A stretch of DNA of 64,000 bases from assembly GCA_023150835.1 (NCBI GenBank), contig JAKLKB010000007.1, positions 1 to 64,000 of the forward strand, written 5' to 3'. A program made the position numbers and the translations under genes. Below are positions 61,295 through 64,000 of this stretch, one piece after another. The stretch comes from Myxococcota bacterium. GTDB lineage: Bacteria > Myxococcota_C > UBA6777. How positions within the stretch are numbered: position 1 is the first letter of the stretch; every line of letters starts with the position of its first letter. The notes beneath the pieces were generated by a model that worked only from the letters and a program-made list of their open reading frames with translations, was not told where the DNA came from and did no database searches.

Positions 61295-61756
61295 CGCTTC
61301 TTCTCTGCTCCTCTTGATCTTGCGCGCCTTTACCCTTTGATCTCATCCAAGTTTCTCTTGGACTGAATCGCGATTCATTTTTGTACACGAAAAATGGCGC
61401 GCTGCCAACTAGAAAATCATCGCCCTACCTATCGCTTAGAGCGCGTAGGGATATCTGCCATCGGAATCGTTTGGGGATAGAAGGGAAACAGACCCTATCC
61501 GCGCTTCTCTGCCCTTGTCAAGGGGCGAAACGTACCATGCCGAGATCATGCGCAAAAGCCTACACAAAAAGCAGTCACGCCGTTGGCCAAAAAACTCCCG
61601 TGTTCACAGTCGTCCAAGCGAGAACGTCGTTGGTTTGGAAAGCAGCGATCTTTCCGCCGATAGGGGGTCAAGGGACGCGAGTCTATGGCGAGGTATGGGG
61701 TGGCACCCCACAAAAACCATCGAACCGCACAAGTTCCGCAGAAAAAAACGAAGCGA

Positions 61757-62764
61757 TCAAGACGGGCGTCGCAGGCGTACAGACAAGGGAGACAAGCAGG
61801 CTTCGATCTCGTCGGCTTCGGGCGGTCGCGTTCCCCATGCCGACAGAGAGGACGCTTCTTCGGAGGGAGACGGGGTGGGGTGCGAAGGAAAGGAGGTCTC
61901 TGCATCAGAAAGCATCGTCTGCACGGAGGGTTCAAATAAGCGCTGATCGAGATCTTCCAGATAAGGGCGGAGCGCTCGATGAACACGGGACTGAAGGGCA
62001 GATTGCAGATCATCAAGAACAGAGCGAAAAGCCAGAGATTCTGGGCTTTGGAGCGGAAACGAAGCCAGCGCCAATTGAAACAGATGCACAAAGTCCTCGT
62101 GCGGAAAACGCAGCATCCACCGCGCAACTTGCACACGCATCGCAAGATGCGGACTCAGCAAAAGCTCGCGCAAGATATCACGCGCCTCGATCAACGGCAT
62201 CTGCGCCAAAGCCTGCACCAAACGCTCCAAACGCACCGATGTTGCGCCTTCTCGGATCATCCGCGCCATCTTCGGGACAGCTTCTGCTACCTGCCAACGC
62301 CCCAAGGTCTCCATCGCAAGATGCTGGCAGCGCTGTTGCGGAGAATCCAACATCTCCAAAAATAACCTTGCGCTTCGTGGATGCGGATACAGCGCAAGAC
62401 AAGACAACACTTCCAAGCGCATCTGTACAGGCACCGAAGGATCGGACGCGATCACGCACAACAGATCGAACGCACGCAGCGACGCCAACGCCCGAAGCAA
62501 CGCACGTTGCGCCTCCAACGAGACTGGCAACGCATCCAAAGCCCGCTTCAACAACGGTACGGCTTTCGACTCCCCCAGCGCTTGCATCCCCATCGCTCCC
62601 GCGCTCCAAGCCTCTTGATACAAACACTCACAGAAAAAGATCCACGCCTGCACACGATCTTCTTCGATCAGTCTGCGCGCTGTATCCTCCGAAGGAGCCG
62701 CCATATAACGCGACGCCAGATGACGCCAATGCTCTGTTCCGCCTTCCCATGCGAACGCTGCCAT
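61757..62764 (-). CDS. HEAT-repeat protein
   Basis: Helical repeats ALGESKAVPLL, TLGRWQVAEAVP and similar, with an acidic/Ser-rich tail. Confidence 0.7.
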   Translation of the reverse strand: MAAFAWEGGTEHWRHLASRYMAAPSEDTARRLIEEDRVQAWIFFCECLYQEAWSAGAMGMQALGESKAVPLLKRALDALPVSLEAQRALLRALASLRAFDLLCVIASDPSVPVQMRLEVLSCLALYPHPRSARLFLEMLDSPQQRCQHLAMETLGRWQVAEAVPKMARMIREGATSVRLERLVQALAQMPLIEARDILRELLLSPHLAMRVQVARWMLRFPHEDFVHLFQLALASFPLQSPESLAFRSVLDDLQSALQSRVHRALRPYLEDLDQRLFEPSVQTMLSDAETSFPSHPTPSPSEEASSLSAWGTRPPEADEIEACLSPLSVRLRRPS

Positions 62765-62802
62765 CTTCTTTCAAACCTTTTTCTTTCAGAAGCGACGCCG
62801 TC

Positions 62803-62879
62803 GGTGGGGTGGGGTTGAAACCCCACGCCCCGCCATAGAGCCTTGCCCCCTTGACCCCGTGTTGGCGGGGCGATCGAGG
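62803..62879. other. Pair of GC-rich intergenic hairpins
   Basis: GGTGGGGTGGGGTTGAAACCCCACGCCCCGCC and CCCTTGACCCCGTGTTGGCGGGGCGATCGAGGG. Confidence 0.55.
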
Positions 62880-62943
62880 GTGTTTCAAACAAACGGCACA
62901 GCCGCTTGAAGCTCTGCGAACACGGCTTTTTTTGTCAACTGCG

Positions 62944-63999
62944 TCACTTCTCTTCTTTTCTGCGTTTCTGTTTTGCTTTTTTTCCTCGCTTGGTCTGTGT
63001 GCTTTTGGCTTGTTTGGTCTTGGGTGGATCTTCGGCCTTGGGTTCGGCCACAAAGGTCAACTGGGCTTGGACTTTGCGCTTGTCTTGCGGGGGGAAAAAC
63101 TTGCGCCCACGCAGCTTCCATAAGAAACAGTCACCGAATCCTTCGGGAAGCGTCGAAGCATCGAGATGGGTGGTTAGTGCGCGCCCATAGCCGCTGATCT
63201 GCAAAGATACGGTGGCTTGGCCTTCTTCGAGGGAGGTTGTTTTTGAGGGCGATGCTGCGGGCTTTTTCTCCGCAGCGTAGCGCTTGCGCATCTGGCGATA
63301 ACACACCGAAAGCGACAAGAGGCGGGCTTCGACGGACTGTTTGAATTTCTCACGGTCGATCACGCCCTTCACACGCACAGAAATCAAACGCACCCGCCCC
63401 TCGGGCAAGACCAGCGGCTTGGTGCGGTATCTTTGATAACGACGACGGATGGAATAGCCACGATAAGGCATCGAACAGGGGGCTGCTTGCGCTAAAAATT
63501 CCGCCGAAGAACGGGCCGATTGAGCAGACCAAGCGGCTGCATCGGTTTGCGCAAAAGCCTTCGCCCCACCGAGATCACCGCCCCACACCCACAACAAAGC
63601 GATCCCTGTGAGACTTGCCGCACGACCAAAGATCCGCACCCGCCGCAAAAAGATATCCAGCAAAAACAAGCAAAGCGCCAAAAACACCAGATACGGCCAC
63701 AAGGGTTTGTGCGCAAGCAAGCGCTCATCAGACTTCCGCGCCCAGATATCGGACTCTTTGGGTTCAAAGAACCCACCGCCCACTTGGGCCGCCGCACGAA
63801 GGCGCGGGATATCGGGACTCGCGCTCAGCCACTCCGCAGGATACGAAAAAGAAGCTGAAGCCTGCGAACGACCGACCGTTTGGCCGTTGCGCTTAAAGGT
63901 GGCTTTGATCACATAAGCTCCGTGGCTCGTCGCGGGGAAGGTTCCTTCGTAAAACCCGGGTCCTGTTTGACGCATCGTCGCTTTGACAGATCGCAGTTT
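62944..63999 (-). CDS. C-terminal part of a large membrane protein (VWA/glutamine-amidotransferase-type C-terminus) fused to an AgmX/PglI-type TonB-C-like domain; 5' truncated
   Basis: The frame is open to the window edge. QTGPGFYEG..YPAE..LWPYL..LLDIFLRR is followed by GVIDRE..SVCY..GQATVSLQI..GDCF..F.PP. Confidence 0.7.
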   Translation of the reverse strand, partial: KLRSVKATMRQTGPGFYEGTFPATSHGAYVIKATFKRNGQTVGRSQASASFSYPAEWLSASPDIPRLRAAAQVGGGFFEPKESDIWARKSDERLLAHKPLWPYLVFLALCLFLLDIFLRRVRIFGRAASLTGIALLWVWGGDLGGAKAFAQTDAAAWSAQSARSSAEFLAQAAPCSMPYRGYSIRRRYQRYRTKPLVLPEGRVRLISVRVKGVIDREKFKQSVEARLLSLSVCYRQMRKRYAAEKKPAASPSKTTSLEEGQATVSLQISGYGRALTTHLDASTLPEGFGDCFLWKLRGRKFFPPQDKRKVQAQLTFVAEPKAEDPPKTKQAKSTQTKRGKKAKQKRRKEEK

Positions 64000-64000
64000 G

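Overview
This is 64 kb of bacterial chromosome, most consistent with a Myxococcota or deltaproteobacteria-like lineage. That assignment is an inference from the glyQ-glyS-ppdK order, a stand-alone MshEN protein, an AgmX/PglI-type C-terminal domain, a Ser/Thr kinase-NTPase, a PP2C-cNMP phosphatase and many Cys-rich or beta-propeller lipoproteins. The core genes are miaA, mutL, ndk, ruvX/yqgF-mltG, ribA, an sbcC-like ATPase, sppA, serS, uvrA, yhbY, ppdK, glyS and glyQ. They are interleaved with uncharacterised exported proteins. I found no rRNA, tRNA, CRISPR array or intact IS. The most notable items are: (1) a ~450 nt, heavily base-paired, terminator-capped non-coding region between mutL and miaA (candidate structured ncRNA, possibly 6S-like); (2) an unknown acidic protein overlapping ruvX, with two amino-acid-identical but synonymously diverged Cys4 zinc ribbons; (3) a cluster of two Cys-rich and two beta-propeller lipoproteins at 46.9-55.4 kb; (4) five copies of a ~112 bp palindromic REP/MITE hybrid; (5) strong GATC over-representation; (6) a likely LexA box just behind the uvrA promoter; (7) pervasive tandem-repeat expansions, including inside housekeeping proteins. 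All calls come from reading the sequence by eye; no searches were run. Start codons were re-chosen where a Shine-Dalgarno (SD) site or the family N-terminus supported it.
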